Below are positions 1-9,831 of a stretch of DNA of 39,936 nucleotides, in pieces. Both the position numbers and the translations under genes were made by a program. A model generated the notes under the pieces. That model made no database searches and had not been told where the DNA came from. It worked only from the letters and a program-made list of their open reading frames with translations. The DNA comes from a virus, in the IMG/VR virus record IMGVR_UViG_3300045988_116279, positions 1-39,936 of that record, one strand, 5' to 3'. Each line of letters begins with the position of its first letter. The first letter of the stretch is position 1.

Positions 1-99
1 ATTTTTTTTTGCTTGAATCGATGCAATTATTTGTGCACTTGGGAGTATCATATATCCTCTATGTGCTTGATATGTCTTAAATCGTCCTTGCCCTGTGTA
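1..99. repeat. Terminal direct repeat, copy 1. Identical to 39838-39936, so the window is a circular or terminally overlapping contig
   Basis: Both ends were read base by base. A + 9xT + GCTTGAATCGATGCAATTATTTGTGCACTTGGGAGTATCAT...CCTTGCCCTGTGTA occurs at 1-99 and at 39838-39936. Confidence 0.95.
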
Positions 100-2802
100 C
101 CCATTTCTATTTGTATTAGATTTTCCACTTCCTTCAACTTTTGTATATAGATTATTTATTATGAAGTTATCAGTTATATTTGTACTAGGCGTATCTCCTG
201 TACTTGTAGAAGTTTCTCTATATAAAGTATCATTTTGAGTATATGAATTTTCTTTTATCCATTGTCCACTTTGTCTTACATCAACGAGTTCATCATTTGT
301 TGATGCTTCTGTGCATTTTGGTATATTGCTTGTTGAAGAAAATGGTGCAAGATTTGCAGTATATGCTAACTGTTTTATATTTCCTCTACAACCATTCATG
401 CAACACATTGAAAATTGATTCGCATACATTCCGTAATCAAAATTACTTATATCACAATCTTCTAATATTACATTACCTTTTTCATAAGTTCTTACACAAC
501 TTCCCCCACCCGCTCCTCTTATTCTAAATCCTGATATTTTTATATAATTAGAATTTGATGCTAATATAGCATAATCAGAATTTGATGTTTTTATTAATGC
601 TCTTTTATTTATATCATCTGCTGTAATATCTGTTGCAGTGCATTTTTTACTTGTTTCAGCTTTTATGTTTAATCTAGCCCCACAATCTTCTATTACAAAT
701 TTATCTGTATTTATTATTACACCCTCAGAAACTATTATATTTATCTGTGTTCCTTCAAAATCTTGTATTACTATTTGTTCATCAAATATTCCAGATTCAA
801 CATAAATATTCAATACATCTGTAAATTTTAGTCCATAATTTCTTATTGTTCTCAACACATCTTTTAGTGAATTAGCTTTATTCTCTTCATCCCTTCCTGT
901 TCCATCCCCAGTTGCTTTGTCAGCTATATACCAATTTAATGAACATCCACAAAGGTTTGCTACCTTGAATAACTCACTACATTTAATATGCTTTACTACA
1001 AGATTATCTATATAAGAACCTTCACGAGTAAGGTGTGAAATTGATTCATCTGCTTGCGTAAATATTTGAACACCTTGCCCATCATAAAGAACATATCCTA
1101 AGATCTTATTCTCTGAATCAATAAGATTAATTCTTATCCCTTCGTCTGAAATATCTATAAGTCCTTGTATCATTCTTACAATTGCATCACTACTTACTGA
1201 AAAGGTTACATTTCCGTTTCCATCTGTTACTGATAAATTTCTAGCATCTATAAAAGTACCTTTAAGTTTTCCAGCATTAATTACATCTGCATTAAGTGAA
1301 CCTATAAGAGCGCTTTCTATCGCTGCTTCTTGGAAATATTCCGCAGCATCACTTATTTTTGTAGTTGTTGCACTAACTTCTTCTGAAAAATCCGTAGCAT
1401 TTCCATAAGTATTTACCGCTCTTACTTTGTAGTACCAAGTTTGTGAGCATTCAACCTCATGTAAAAAAGCACTTGCTTGACCTTTAAAAATTAGGTCAAA
1501 AGCATTAGGCGTAAATCCTTGCTCTTGACTTGCATATACCTCATAAGAATAATAAGGCTTATTCTCATACTCCCAACTAAGAGAAACTGTCTTAAATCCA
1601 GCTCTATCTATAGTTATAACGGGTATTGCTGGCAATGTATTAGGATAATCTTTTTTATTGTTTTTTATAATCTCTTTTACTTCATCTTTTGTTACAGTAT
1701 CGTTATTAGATTTATTTATAATTGAGCCTAATGTTGTCTTTGGATCACCTAACTCTATAGATATATATTTATCTGCTAATACGTTATAAGTTGTTTTTAT
1801 AACTCTAGCTTGGTCTCTTATTTTGTATTTACTGTTAGCTATATAGACACTGTCATCCATGCCTATATGCTCCAACTCATCCAATCCATCTTCCTTATAT
1901 TCTTCAGTTTGACTAAGTGGTTGAAATTCTATTTTATAAGTCATTTTAGGAAGGTCACAGCTATTATCGTTGAAATATTTTTCAGCTAAATTCTTTAATT
2001 TTTCTTTTGTTGGAGTTTCATCTTCATCAAATTTATCAGAAAAATCTATCCATTGACTTTTTACTATATCGTCTTCTACATATCTAGATGATTTTACTCC
2101 TATTTCGTCAATGTATATAGGAGATTCGTTACCCTCTTCATCTGTAACTGTTGCATAAGGTTTTATAACATTAATTATTTCTGAGTAATCCTCTTCTAAT
2201 GTAAATCCTGTAATATTCTTCTTATAAGCTATAAGAGTGTTATCATCTTTACCTCTTCTAGTAAGTACTGATATTGTAAAGTTATCTCTTAGAAGCTTAG
2301 GTCCATTACCAAACGTATCTATAAGAGAACCTCTTGTACCAGCTATAGCAGATAAGCAATCTGTTTTTCTATCCATGCTATAGTTACCAAGCATCTCTAT
2401 ATTACTTTCAATAGAAAATCTACTGTCAGCATCAGACTTTTGAAGCATATGCTGACCAGCATTTTCGCATTTTATATTTCTTTCGTTTATATCTTCGTTT
2501 AAAGAGTTTTTAGCTAAATCAAATGAAATATGTTTTGCATATACTGTTACTTGCCCATTTAGAGGTTTTGATATTGTATCTATCCTAAAAAGTTGTCCTT
2601 TTAAAGTATCAGATGCATCGGCTTTTATAAGATTATCTTGTTTTAATGCATAAAAAAAAGAACCATCGGAAGGATATACAAGTGTTAACTCAAAATCCCC
2701 GTTTGATTCTTCTTCAACTTGGCAAGATATAGCATCTACCAATAAACCTAATCCATTGCTTTCATACGTTGTAAAACTATTATCATAAATTCTTGGTATC
2801 AC
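1..2802 (-). CDS. Tail-associated lysin / prophage tail endopeptidase (Tal), N-terminal and central part. The same ORF continues across the junction into 39837..38119 (1506 aa in total)
   Basis: A GTG start at 2802 overlaps the Dit TAG (TAGTG). The translation begins (M)IPRIYDNSFTTYESNGLGLLVDAISCQVEEESNGDFELTLVYP, a typical prophage-tail endopeptidase N-terminus. Codon phase is the same at 2802, at 1440 (TWYYKVRAVNTYGNATDFSE, FN3-like) and at 51 (the ATG listed in the track). The track lists no minus-strand ORF here because the frame runs off the window edge without a stop. Confidence 0.85.
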   Translation of the reverse strand, partial: MIPRIYDNSFTTYESNGLGLLVDAISCQVEEESNGDFELTLVYPSDGSFFYALKQDNLIKADASDTLKGQLFRIDTISKPLNGQVTVYAKHISFDLAKNSLNEDINERNIKCENAGQHMLQKSDADSRFSIESNIEMLGNYSMDRKTDCLSAIAGTRGSLIDTFGNGPKLLRDNFTISVLTRRGKDDNTLIAYKKNITGFTLEEDYSEIINVIKPYATVTDEEGNESPIYIDEIGVKSSRYVEDDIVKSQWIDFSDKFDEDETPTKEKLKNLAEKYFNDNSCDLPKMTYKIEFQPLSQTEEYKEDGLDELEHIGMDDSVYIANSKYKIRDQARVIKTTYNVLADKYISIELGDPKTTLGSIINKSNNDTVTKDEVKEIIKNNKKDYPNTLPAIPVITIDRAGFKTVSLSWEYENKPYYSYEVYASQEQGFTPNAFDLIFKGQASAFLHEVECSQTWYYKVRAVNTYGNATDFSEEVSATTTKISDAAEYFQEAAIESALIGSLNADVINAGKLKGTFIDARNLSVTDGNGNVTFSVSSDAIVRMIQGLIDISDEGIRINLIDSENKILGYVLYDGQGVQIFTQADESISHLTREGSYIDNLVVKHIKCSELFKVANLCGCSLNWYIADKATGDGTGRDEENKANSLKDVLRTIRNYGLKFTDVLNIYVESGIFDEQIVIQDFEGTQINIIVSEGVIINTDKFVIEDCGARLNIKAETSKKCTATDITADDINKRALIKTSNSDYAILASNSNYIKISGFRIRGAGGGSCVRTYEKGNVILEDCDISNFDYGMYANQFSMCCMNGCRGNIKQLAYTANLAPFSSTSNIPKCTEASTNDELVDVRQSGQWIKENSYTQNDTLYRETSTSTGDTPSTNITDNFIINNLYTKVEGSGKSNTNRNGYTGQGRFKTYQAHRGYMILPSAQIIASIQAKKN

Positions 2803-3560
2803 TATATCACCGCCATTCTATAATCTATTTTTATTTTAGTAAAACTAGCACCTGTTCCCAACGACCAGGTTATATTATTATTACCTTCTTCTAATATCGG
2901 AAAATCACTATACATTTTATGATTTGCATTTACTGTTTTTCCAAGCGAATTAACAGTAGTTGCATTCATTAAATCACAGTCAAGTTTTATATGCCCTTCT
3001 AAGGCTTTTAAAATAATTTCTTGATTATTTATATTGATAGTTATATCTCCTGTTGCATACACATCGATAACAGGTCTAGTTTTATATTCATCATTTTTTA
3101 TTATAGTATTTTTAGTAGTTATTTCTACTGTTTTGCTTTTATTTGAAAATCTATAAGGTTTACATCTAAATTGTGCTTGAAACAATCCAAAATTTTCAAT
3201 TGCTTCTTCTATATCTACGTCTGAATTGTAAGTACCTAATAGATAAAAATCCATATCCTCACTTAATTGTATTTTTCTAGTTGTTCCATTAAGAAGAAAT
3301 TTCTTTGCTCTCCTTGCTAATGCTGGAGTAGTTTCAATCTCATCATGCTCGTTTACTAGCACACAACTTAGTTTTAATATAAAATCTTCATATCCATTGT
3401 CTACTGTTAACGCTCCGTCTCTTCCTTCTATTTCAACAAACTCTAGCTTTTTAGAAGGTGCAGAAAGGATATTACTTTCATACACCTTTATTCCATAATC
3501 TGTACTAATTTTGTCGTCCAAATATAAAACTATTGGATCTCTGTATTCTATAAATTCCAT
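2802..3560 (-). CDS. Distal tail protein (Dit, siphovirus tail family)
   Basis: 252-aa ORF between the tape measure and Tal. Position and size fit Dit. RBS GGGGGTG lies upstream. Confidence 0.75.
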   Translation of the reverse strand: MEFIEYRDPIVLYLDDKISTDYGIKVYESNILSAPSKKLEFVEIEGRDGALTVDNGYEDFILKLSCVLVNEHDEIETTPALARRAKKFLLNGTTRKIQLSEDMDFYLLGTYNSDVDIEEAIENFGLFQAQFRCKPYRFSNKSKTVEITTKNTIIKNDEYKTRPVIDVYATGDITININNQEIILKALEGHIKLDCDLMNATTVNSLGKTVNANHKMYSDFPILEEGNNNITWSLGTGASFTKIKIDYRMAVI

Positions 3561-3572
3561 TTCTACACCCCC

Positions 3573-6500
3573 TTATACTGTTAATACGTTTTTTCTTTTT
3601 AAATAAAACGCTAAATCATTCGCTAGAGTTTCTATGTCCTTATCATCGTTTATAGTTAAGTTTTCTATATGTAATAAGCTAGCAAAATTACTTGTATTAT
3701 TTTGTGTTGTTTGAGTTACAGCGCTAACGTTGCCACTTAAACCTCTAGCAGTTCCTACTAAATCCATTGTAGTTGCATTATTGTTCATAACACTAACTAC
3801 GCTATTAGCTAGATTCTTAGCTTTTCCAAGTAAACTATTTTCTTCTTGGTCTATGCCGACACCGATACCTTCTACTATGCCAACGCCAATTACATCTCGC
3901 ATGATTTTAGAAGGTGAGTTTATCTTGAATCCTGCCTTAAATCCTTTTACAACTCCACTTGCAAAGTTACTAATTTGACTTCTTAACCAACTTCCAGCTC
4001 CAGATATACCTCTCCATATACCTTGGACTATCTGCTTACCTATGCTTGCCATTTGCCCTGGGATAGACTTAACTCCACTTACTATTTTACTTTTAAAATC
4101 AGATGCAGCTTTTTGTCCTTTTGCCCCAAATTGTGATGCAAAGCTAGTTGCTTTCGATATACAGTTAGATAAGAATGACCATACTCGGCCAGGTAATGCT
4201 GACAATGCACTTCCAATTCTACTTACAAATTGACTTCCAGCTTGCTGTGCTTTCGCAATCATTTGCGATGCCCATGTAGTAGCCTTACTGTAAGTATTGC
4301 TTAGGAAATTCCATACTCGACCTGGTAATTGTTGAAACCAGTTTACAGTATTGCTAATAAATTTACTGCCTGTTTCTTGTGCTTTTGATAACATATTTCC
4401 GCCCCATTGAGTAACTCTACTATAAGTATCTGTAAGCCATTGCCCCACTCGAGAAGGTAATTGAGAAAACCAATTTGCTATAGCTTCTATCCACATCGGT
4501 ATATTTGTAGCAAAATAGTTATATGTATTAATTCCCCAACTAGTTATAGCTCCTAATACAAATCCTAATATGTAGCCTATCTTTTCAGGTAAACCGCTTA
4601 ACCAAGTTCCTATTGATGTTATTAAGTTGTTAATCCAAATGGATACACTGTTGTATGTGTTACTTGCCCATAGTTCTATAGATTGCCATAACTCTTGAGC
4701 TTTTTCCATTGCTGTTACTTTTATTTGTTCCCATAGTTCCGATATTTTACTTTGAATTTGAGAAACTATTTCCATAGCTTTGCCTAATAAAAATTCACCT
4801 AGTTTTCCTATTTCTTCACCTATTACCTCTAATATTCCGACAAATAATTCTCCAATTGCTACAACTATCTGAGGCAATGCTTGTATTATTGCTTGTCCTA
4901 ATGCTATTACAAGTTGAATACCAGCTTCTATAATTAGTGGTAAATTTTCTAATATGCATCTAGCAATTTCAATAACTAATTTTACTGCAGCTTCTAGTAA
5001 TGTTGGTAAATTTTCTACTAATGCAACTGCTAGAGTTGTTATAATCTGTGCTGCAGCTTCTATTATTAGTGGTAAATTTTCTAATATGATGTTAACTATA
5101 GAACTTAGTGTATTTGTTATTATATCAACTATAGCTGGTAGATTTTGACTTATGCCATTTACAAGCGCAGTTATAATGTATACTCCTGCTTCAATTACTT
5201 TTGGCAGGTTTTCGGCTATGATGTTTATTACTGTAGATACAACATTTACTATAGTTTCAATTAATGTCGGTAATGCTTGCGCTATACCTTGCATAATCAT
5301 TTCAAGCAGTTTAAATCCAGCATCTAAAAATAATTTTACGTTATTACTCCACATTTTTAGCCATGCTTGGATTAATTGTCCTGCTGTTTCTATTAATTTC
5401 GGTGCTACTTTCAAGATTCCAGCTACTAAGTTTGATATTATTTCGCTTGCTTTTGACTGTAAAGCTGGTAAATTCTGATTAATCCCTTGAGCTAGGTTGC
5501 TAGCTATACTTTTACCGCTTTCTAGCCATTGAGGTAATGATGATTTTACCTTATCTAATCCACTTTTAAATGTATCTGCAAATTGATCTATAACTCCTTT
5601 TATACCACCTTTTTTATATGCATTTGGAATAGTTTCTGTAAAATACTTTTCAAGTGTACCAAATACATCCTTTGCCTTTTCTTTTACCGATTGCCAAGCA
5701 TTATTTACAGTAGTCCTAAATGTTTCATTTGTCTTATAAAGGTGAATAAGTCCAGCGGTTACTGCAGCAATAGGTATCGCAAAAGCAAAAAATGTTGAGG
5801 TAGCAGTTCCTATCATTGTGACAACTCCACCGATCATAGTCCAAGCACCATTGAGGGCAACCATCCAACCATTCCATAATCCAGCACCCATAGAAAGAGG
5901 TAATAACAATAATGTCATTGCTGGTGCTAACAAGGCAACTACACTAGCTACTTTTGCGATTATTGGATGTGCCTCATTGAATTTTGTAACCCAGTCAGCT
6001 ATAACACCAACAACTTTCATGCCTACTTCTAAAACTTGCCCTGCAGTTTCTATCAAAGGTTCGAATGCTTTTGCTAACTTGTTTTTTGTAGTATCCCATA
6101 GCTTTTGCAATCCTTCATCTGCTTGCATAGCCGCACTAAATAAAGTTCCATATGCGGTAATTGCAGCAACTCCTACAATTGGAATTGCAAGTCCAAGATT
6201 GGCAGTACCAGTAGTCAAACTTCTCATTAACAATCCGTATCTCGTCATATCTCCTTGTGCAAGTCTTACTGCTACTTTCTGAGCTGAATATCTCTTTATA
6301 ACTCCTTCAACTCTACCGCCTAACGTTCTATATCCTGCAGATAGACGATTTAGTGGCGAAACTCCTAAATTCATCGCTTCACTTAATAATCGGAATTGTC
6401 CTGGAGTTGATGCTGGCAATAACATTTCTGGTCTAATTCCATGTGCCTGTAAACCTTGCATACGTTGTGTAAGAATTTGAGTTTGGTCTCCCATTAAACT

Positions 6501-7121
6501 AGTCATTCTCGCATTAAGTCGTATACTATTAGCTTGTCTTTGAAGTTGCCCCTCTGTAAGTCCTAATTGACTTCTCATGTAGACTTGCCTAAATGTATTA
6601 TCATCTAGACTTAATGCAAATTCTGTCATCGCATTTCTTGCTTGCATAGCTTCTCTAGAATAACTTCCGTAAGTTCTCGATGCTCTTCTTTGTTCATTTC
6701 TAAGTCTATACATTTCTTGATAGGCCTCTCGTGTGGCTTGTGGCACTTCTCCACCAAGTTGATATTCTAATCTCTGCATTTGCCTTTCGAATCTCTGTGC
6801 TTCTCGAGTTGTTCTACTGAATTCATCTCTCGTTCTAGATGTCGAACTTGTAATATCATCAAAGGCATCACTCGTACTACTACTTACCTGTCTAACACCA
6901 TCAAAAGCACTTCTAGCTCTGCTTGCTGAATCACTCGTGTTTCGCAATGCATCACTTGCTCCATTTGTAGCTTGTTGTGTATTTCTTAACGTATCACCCA
7001 TAGAATTAGAACTATTTTCAAACTCCCTTAAACTCTCTCTAGCATCATCTAATGCATTATTCCAGTTATGAATATCGAGATTTAGATATCCTGTCGCTGT
7101 CCCTAAGTTTGTATCTGACAT
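3573..7121 (-). CDS. Tail tape measure protein
   Basis: 1182 aa. The N-terminus is coiled-coil and there is a hydrophobic central segment. Tandem ~22-aa ENLP/QNLP/QALP repeats follow (IAENLPKVIEAG..., ILENLPLIIEAA...). It lies downstream of the G/T chaperones. Confidence 0.9.
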   Translation of the reverse strand: MSDTNLGTATGYLNLDIHNWNNALDDARESLREFENSSNSMGDTLRNTQQATNGASDALRNTSDSASRARSAFDGVRQVSSSTSDAFDDITSSTSRTRDEFSRTTREAQRFERQMQRLEYQLGGEVPQATREAYQEMYRLRNEQRRASRTYGSYSREAMQARNAMTEFALSLDDNTFRQVYMRSQLGLTEGQLQRQANSIRLNARMTSLMGDQTQILTQRMQGLQAHGIRPEMLLPASTPGQFRLLSEAMNLGVSPLNRLSAGYRTLGGRVEGVIKRYSAQKVAVRLAQGDMTRYGLLMRSLTTGTANLGLAIPIVGVAAITAYGTLFSAAMQADEGLQKLWDTTKNKLAKAFEPLIETAGQVLEVGMKVVGVIADWVTKFNEAHPIIAKVASVVALLAPAMTLLLLPLSMGAGLWNGWMVALNGAWTMIGGVVTMIGTATSTFFAFAIPIAAVTAGLIHLYKTNETFRTTVNNAWQSVKEKAKDVFGTLEKYFTETIPNAYKKGGIKGVIDQFADTFKSGLDKVKSSLPQWLESGKSIASNLAQGINQNLPALQSKASEIISNLVAGILKVAPKLIETAGQLIQAWLKMWSNNVKLFLDAGFKLLEMIMQGIAQALPTLIETIVNVVSTVINIIAENLPKVIEAGVYIITALVNGISQNLPAIVDIITNTLSSIVNIILENLPLIIEAAAQIITTLAVALVENLPTLLEAAVKLVIEIARCILENLPLIIEAGIQLVIALGQAIIQALPQIVVAIGELFVGILEVIGEEIGKLGEFLLGKAMEIVSQIQSKISELWEQIKVTAMEKAQELWQSIELWASNTYNSVSIWINNLITSIGTWLSGLPEKIGYILGFVLGAITSWGINTYNYFATNIPMWIEAIANWFSQLPSRVGQWLTDTYSRVTQWGGNMLSKAQETGSKFISNTVNWFQQLPGRVWNFLSNTYSKATTWASQMIAKAQQAGSQFVSRIGSALSALPGRVWSFLSNCISKATSFASQFGAKGQKAASDFKSKIVSGVKSIPGQMASIGKQIVQGIWRGISGAGSWLRSQISNFASGVVKGFKAGFKINSPSKIMRDVIGVGIVEGIGVGIDQEENSLLGKAKNLANSVVSVMNNNATTMDLVGTARGLSGNVSAVTQTTQNNTSNFASLLHIENLTINDDKDIETLANDLAFYLKRKNVLTV

Positions 7122-7378
7122 TATTTACCCTCCTTTCTTTGTTTTTTCCATGCTTCTGATATAAATGTTTTTTTCTTTCCTGTTTCTTGGTCTATTAGAT
7201 CTTCACTCCATCGTGGCTTTTTCTTTTCTTCAAGTTGGCTTGATATATACATACAGGCTTCATCGAAACAAAAAGCCACGTATTCATCTTTTATTCTTGC
7301 TATTTCACTTGGTAATCTTCTATATTTCTCCGACTGATTGATTATCCTCAATACGTTCTTGCTCTTTACGAAAGCTTT
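7121..7378 (-). CDS. gpT-like frameshift extension of the tail assembly chaperone. This is the span that is open in the +1 frame relative to gpG
   Basis: The track ORF 7121..7351 begins at a TTG. I traced its frame upstream and it is open to 7378, just after a TAA at 7381-7379. It overlaps the 3' end of the gpG-like ORF, and its stop overlaps the tape measure ATG (TAATG). Confidence 0.55.
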   Translation of the reverse strand, partial: KAFVKSKNVLRIINQSEKYRRLPSEIARIKDEYVAFCFDEACMYISSQLEEKKKPRWSEDLIDQETGKKKTFISEAWKKQRKEGK

Positions 7379-7769
7379 TTAAACCATCAATCCCAGCTTG
7401 AACATAAGTAAGAATTGTTGCTTTCATTTCTAGCGGTAATGTTAAACCTATTTCTTTTATTTCCTTATAACTTGGATTTGCTAATGTTTCTTCACATAAA
7501 AACTCTAATAATTCCCCTAATTGTTTTAGCGCTGTAACATCTCCATCTATAGTAGCTTTATTTACAGTTTTAGTTTTCCCGTTAAATACTTCTGCTGCTT
7601 CTTGTAAAAGAGTATTAGGTATTTTGCCTTCTGTTATGAAAGCTAACATATCTGGTCTTTTTAGCTCAGCTATGAGCTCTGTCCCATCTTCAAATTTACC
7701 TAAACTTACTATTTGAGTTTGTTTTACTTGTTTTAATCTATCTAAACTTGTTACTTGTAATTTTTCCAT
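7320..7769 (-). CDS. Tail assembly chaperone (gpG-like)
   Basis: 149-aa acidic ORF between the major tail protein and the tape measure. Synteny is conserved. Confidence 0.7.
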   Translation of the reverse strand: MEKLQVTSLDRLKQVKQTQIVSLGKFEDGTELIAELKRPDMLAFITEGKIPNTLLQEAAEVFNGKTKTVNKATIDGDVTALKQLGELLEFLCEETLANPSYKEIKEIGLTLPLEMKATILTYVQAGIDGLKSFRKEQERIEDNQSVGEI

Positions 7770-7790
7770 TGCCCATTTCCTTTCATATCA

Positions 7791-7822
7791 TAATAAAACC
7801 CCTCTAAAATTATTTAGAGAGG
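7791..7822 (-). terminator. Rho-independent terminator after the major tail gene
   Basis: The minus strand reads CCTCTCTAAA-taat-TTTAGAGGGG (10-bp stem with one G.U) followed by TTTTATTAT. Confidence 0.6.
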
Positions 7823-7831
7823 TTCATTTTA

Positions 7832-8404
7832 TTACTCTGTAACCACATCGTTTGGTAGAGCAGTTACCTTTTCTATTGTATAAGGTGCAGTCCCTTTCTC
7901 TGGTCTTGACTGAATAGTGTATTCATTTGAATAATATTCACCATCCTTAAAAGATAGAGGTACTGATTTTCCTTTACAACTTGGGAATGTTACTTTTGAA
8001 AAGTTTCCAGTATCCCCATCTGTTCCTACTTCTGCGGAATAAACTTCAACATCAAATGCTGTTTTTGATGCATTTTGTCCTACTGGCGGTGCTGTGTATT
8101 TTTTAAAAGTTTTTCCATCTGTATCGTATTCGATAGTACCTCCCTGAATAACTTTAAGAAGTTCAGGACACATTACATTATCTTTGCAAGTCAAGTCATA
8201 ACCAAGTACGGTATCTTTAGCTTCTCTATTTGCATATATTTCACCTTTTAATTTTAGCGTTTGCTCTTCACCTTCTGAAACCACTTCTTCTGTTGAAATC
8301 TCATCAGAAGTTTTGAAGCTAAAAATATCAGTTTCAGTTACAACTCTAACCAATGACACATCTGATAGTGGCATTTGATTTATCTTTTTTACTGTAGCTG
8401 TCAT
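7832..8404 (-). CDS. Major tail protein (phi13-like family)
   Basis: 190 aa, in the expected position upstream of the chaperones. A terminator follows immediately, consistent with high expression. Confidence 0.8.
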   Translation of the reverse strand: MTATVKKINQMPLSDVSLVRVVTETDIFSFKTSDEISTEEVVSEGEEQTLKLKGEIYANREAKDTVLGYDLTCKDNVMCPELLKVIQGGTIEYDTDGKTFKKYTAPPVGQNASKTAFDVEVYSAEVGTDGDTGNFSKVTFPSCKGKSVPLSFKDGEYYSNEYTIQSRPEKGTAPYTIEKVTALPNDVVTE

Positions 8405-8406
8405 AT

Positions 8407-8769
8407 TTATCTACCTCCTTCTCTATATACATATCTAAAATACGAAAGCTTTGTATAATATGCTTTCATGTCGTTATCAATTTCTATTGCATACTTGTCA
8501 TAATTCTTTCTTAGTTTCCCAAATTTTTTTATTGTATTTTCAACTTGTTTTATATAGGTTTCAACTTTTGAGTATTCGTTAAAAGGATAAAATACCCATA
8601 GTTCTATGCTTTCCTTTTTTAAGTTTTTACTACTTGAAGTATCTTCTGTTCCAGCTTCATAAATCAATACATATGGCTCTGTGCAAATTTTATCTTGTTG
8701 ACCAAGTGAGTACACTTTTAATCCACCAGTTCTAAGAAATCTATATAAATCTTGAAACATTAGCATCAC
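8407..8769 (-). CDS. Tail completion / head-tail joining protein
   Basis: 120 aa. The call rests on synteny alone (between the gp10-like protein and the major tail). Confidence 0.5.
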   Translation of the reverse strand: MMLMFQDLYRFLRTGGLKVYSLGQQDKICTEPYVLIYEAGTEDTSSSKNLKKESIELWVFYPFNEYSKVETYIKQVENTIKKFGKLRKNYDKYAIEIDNDMKAYYTKLSYFRYVYREGGR

Positions 8770-9198
8770 CTACCTTAGAAGTATGCTTAATCCAGCCATA
8801 ACCTGTGGACCTATTTCATTTATTGTTGGCATTATAATTGGATAAGGTTTTGTTCCTGGATGATTTACTCGTTTAACTGGATGACTAGCCCCTTGCCAAT
8901 ACAACCAAGGATTTCCAGTTATAACGTGTGGCGATGTTCCTTTTTCTAGATATATCCCATAATTAACTCCATGCGACAATGCAATACTTAATAAATTCTC
9001 ATTTTTCCATTCCCATGATGCATTAAGTCTATTTCTAGCATCGTGAGTTCTATTGGTCCAAGGTTTATTTCTTCTTGCATTATTTTGGAGTTTTAGAGCT
9101 GAGCTATTAGCATATATTTCTAGTGCTGCTTTTGTCCTATTTCTCTTTTGTTCTAGCATATCTGTTAACTCGTCTATATTCATGTTGAAATTACTCAT
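8770..9198 (-). CDS. HK97 gp10-family tail component
   Basis: 142 aa with ...ALKLQNNARRNKPWTNRTHDARNRL..., which resembles the HK97-gp10 family motif. Confidence 0.65.
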   Translation of the reverse strand: MSNFNMNIDELTDMLEQKRNRTKAALEIYANSSALKLQNNARRNKPWTNRTHDARNRLNASWEWKNENLLSIALSHGVNYGIYLEKGTSPHVITGNPWLYWQGASHPVKRVNHPGTKPYPIIMPTINEIGPQVMAGLSILLR

Positions 9199-9571
9199 TG
9201 TAATTCACCTCTTGTAATCTCATATCCATATAAATATCCATTTTATTTACGTTTCCAAGGTCCTTAATTTGATATTTATAGCCATTTATATATATATAGT
9301 CATCTTTTTGTATGAGCTTAGCAGTCTCATCATAAGCAATTAAAAAATATATATTTTTCCTTTTTATCACCTCTGCTTTATTTTGCAAGGTTATGTTTTG
9401 GCTATACTGATTATTTGATTCATGATATAAGCCTTCTAGCTCGCATACTAATTCAAGTAAATCTGACTTTTCTCCAAAGTCATTGGTATAAGCTCGCTTA
9501 ACTACTGCTTGCGAAGGAAGCTTCTTTATTGCTTTTTTAACTTTTGCTTTAATTTTTTCTTTATTTATCAT
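9191..9571 (-). CDS. Head closure / head-tail adaptor protein
   Basis: 126 aa. Call based on synteny. It has an ATGA overlap with the upstream gene. Confidence 0.55.
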   Translation of the reverse strand: MINKEKIKAKVKKAIKKLPSQAVVKRAYTNDFGEKSDLLELVCELEGLYHESNNQYSQNITLQNKAEVIKRKNIYFLIAYDETAKLIQKDDYIYINGYKYQIKDLGNVNKMDIYMDMRLQEVNYNE

Positions 9572-9816
9572 AATATTTTGCTTCCATTCGGTCTGTATTT
9601 TTTAGCAAGTCTTACCCAGTAATCTTTATTATTAGGTAATGATAATCCACCTGGCAAGGCAATACTATCATCTTCTGCTTTAGCTAGAAGGCATTCATAA
9701 GCAGTTTTATTTATGTCATTGTCATTTTGTTCTAAATAAAATTGGAGTTGTTCATCAGTAAAAAAGGGAGAATCGCTCTCCCTTAGAATTAGTTTTAGTT
9801 TTTCTATATCAGACAT
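9568..9816 (-). CDS. Head-tail connector (gp6-like)
   Basis: 82 aa, directly after the major capsid gene. It ends in TGA, followed immediately by TAA. Confidence 0.55.
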   Translation of the reverse strand: MSDIEKLKLILRESDSPFFTDEQLQFYLEQNDNDINKTAYECLLAKAEDDSIALPGGLSLPNNKDYWVRLAKKYRPNGSKIL

Positions 9817-9831
9817 TTAAATCACGTCCTA

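Noticed and set aside
243-1725. Plus-strand ORFs 243..527 and 1519..1725
   Set aside because: They lie antisense within the Tal ORF that crosses the window junction. Their translations are low-complexity (L/F/I/Y-rich) and they have no RBS.
3730-6282. Six plus-strand ORFs (63-154 aa) inside the tape measure gene
   Set aside because: They are antisense shadow ORFs of a long repeat-rich gene. Their translations are low-complexity, they lack RBSs, and they are fully nested in a confidently called CDS.
7376-7385. Canonical -1 frameshift on U_UUA_AAA in the chaperone gene
   Set aside because: The heptamer fits X_XXY_YYZ, but the -1 frame terminates after three codons (AAG CUU UCG UAA). It cannot produce a G-T fusion. 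Only the +1 frame is open.
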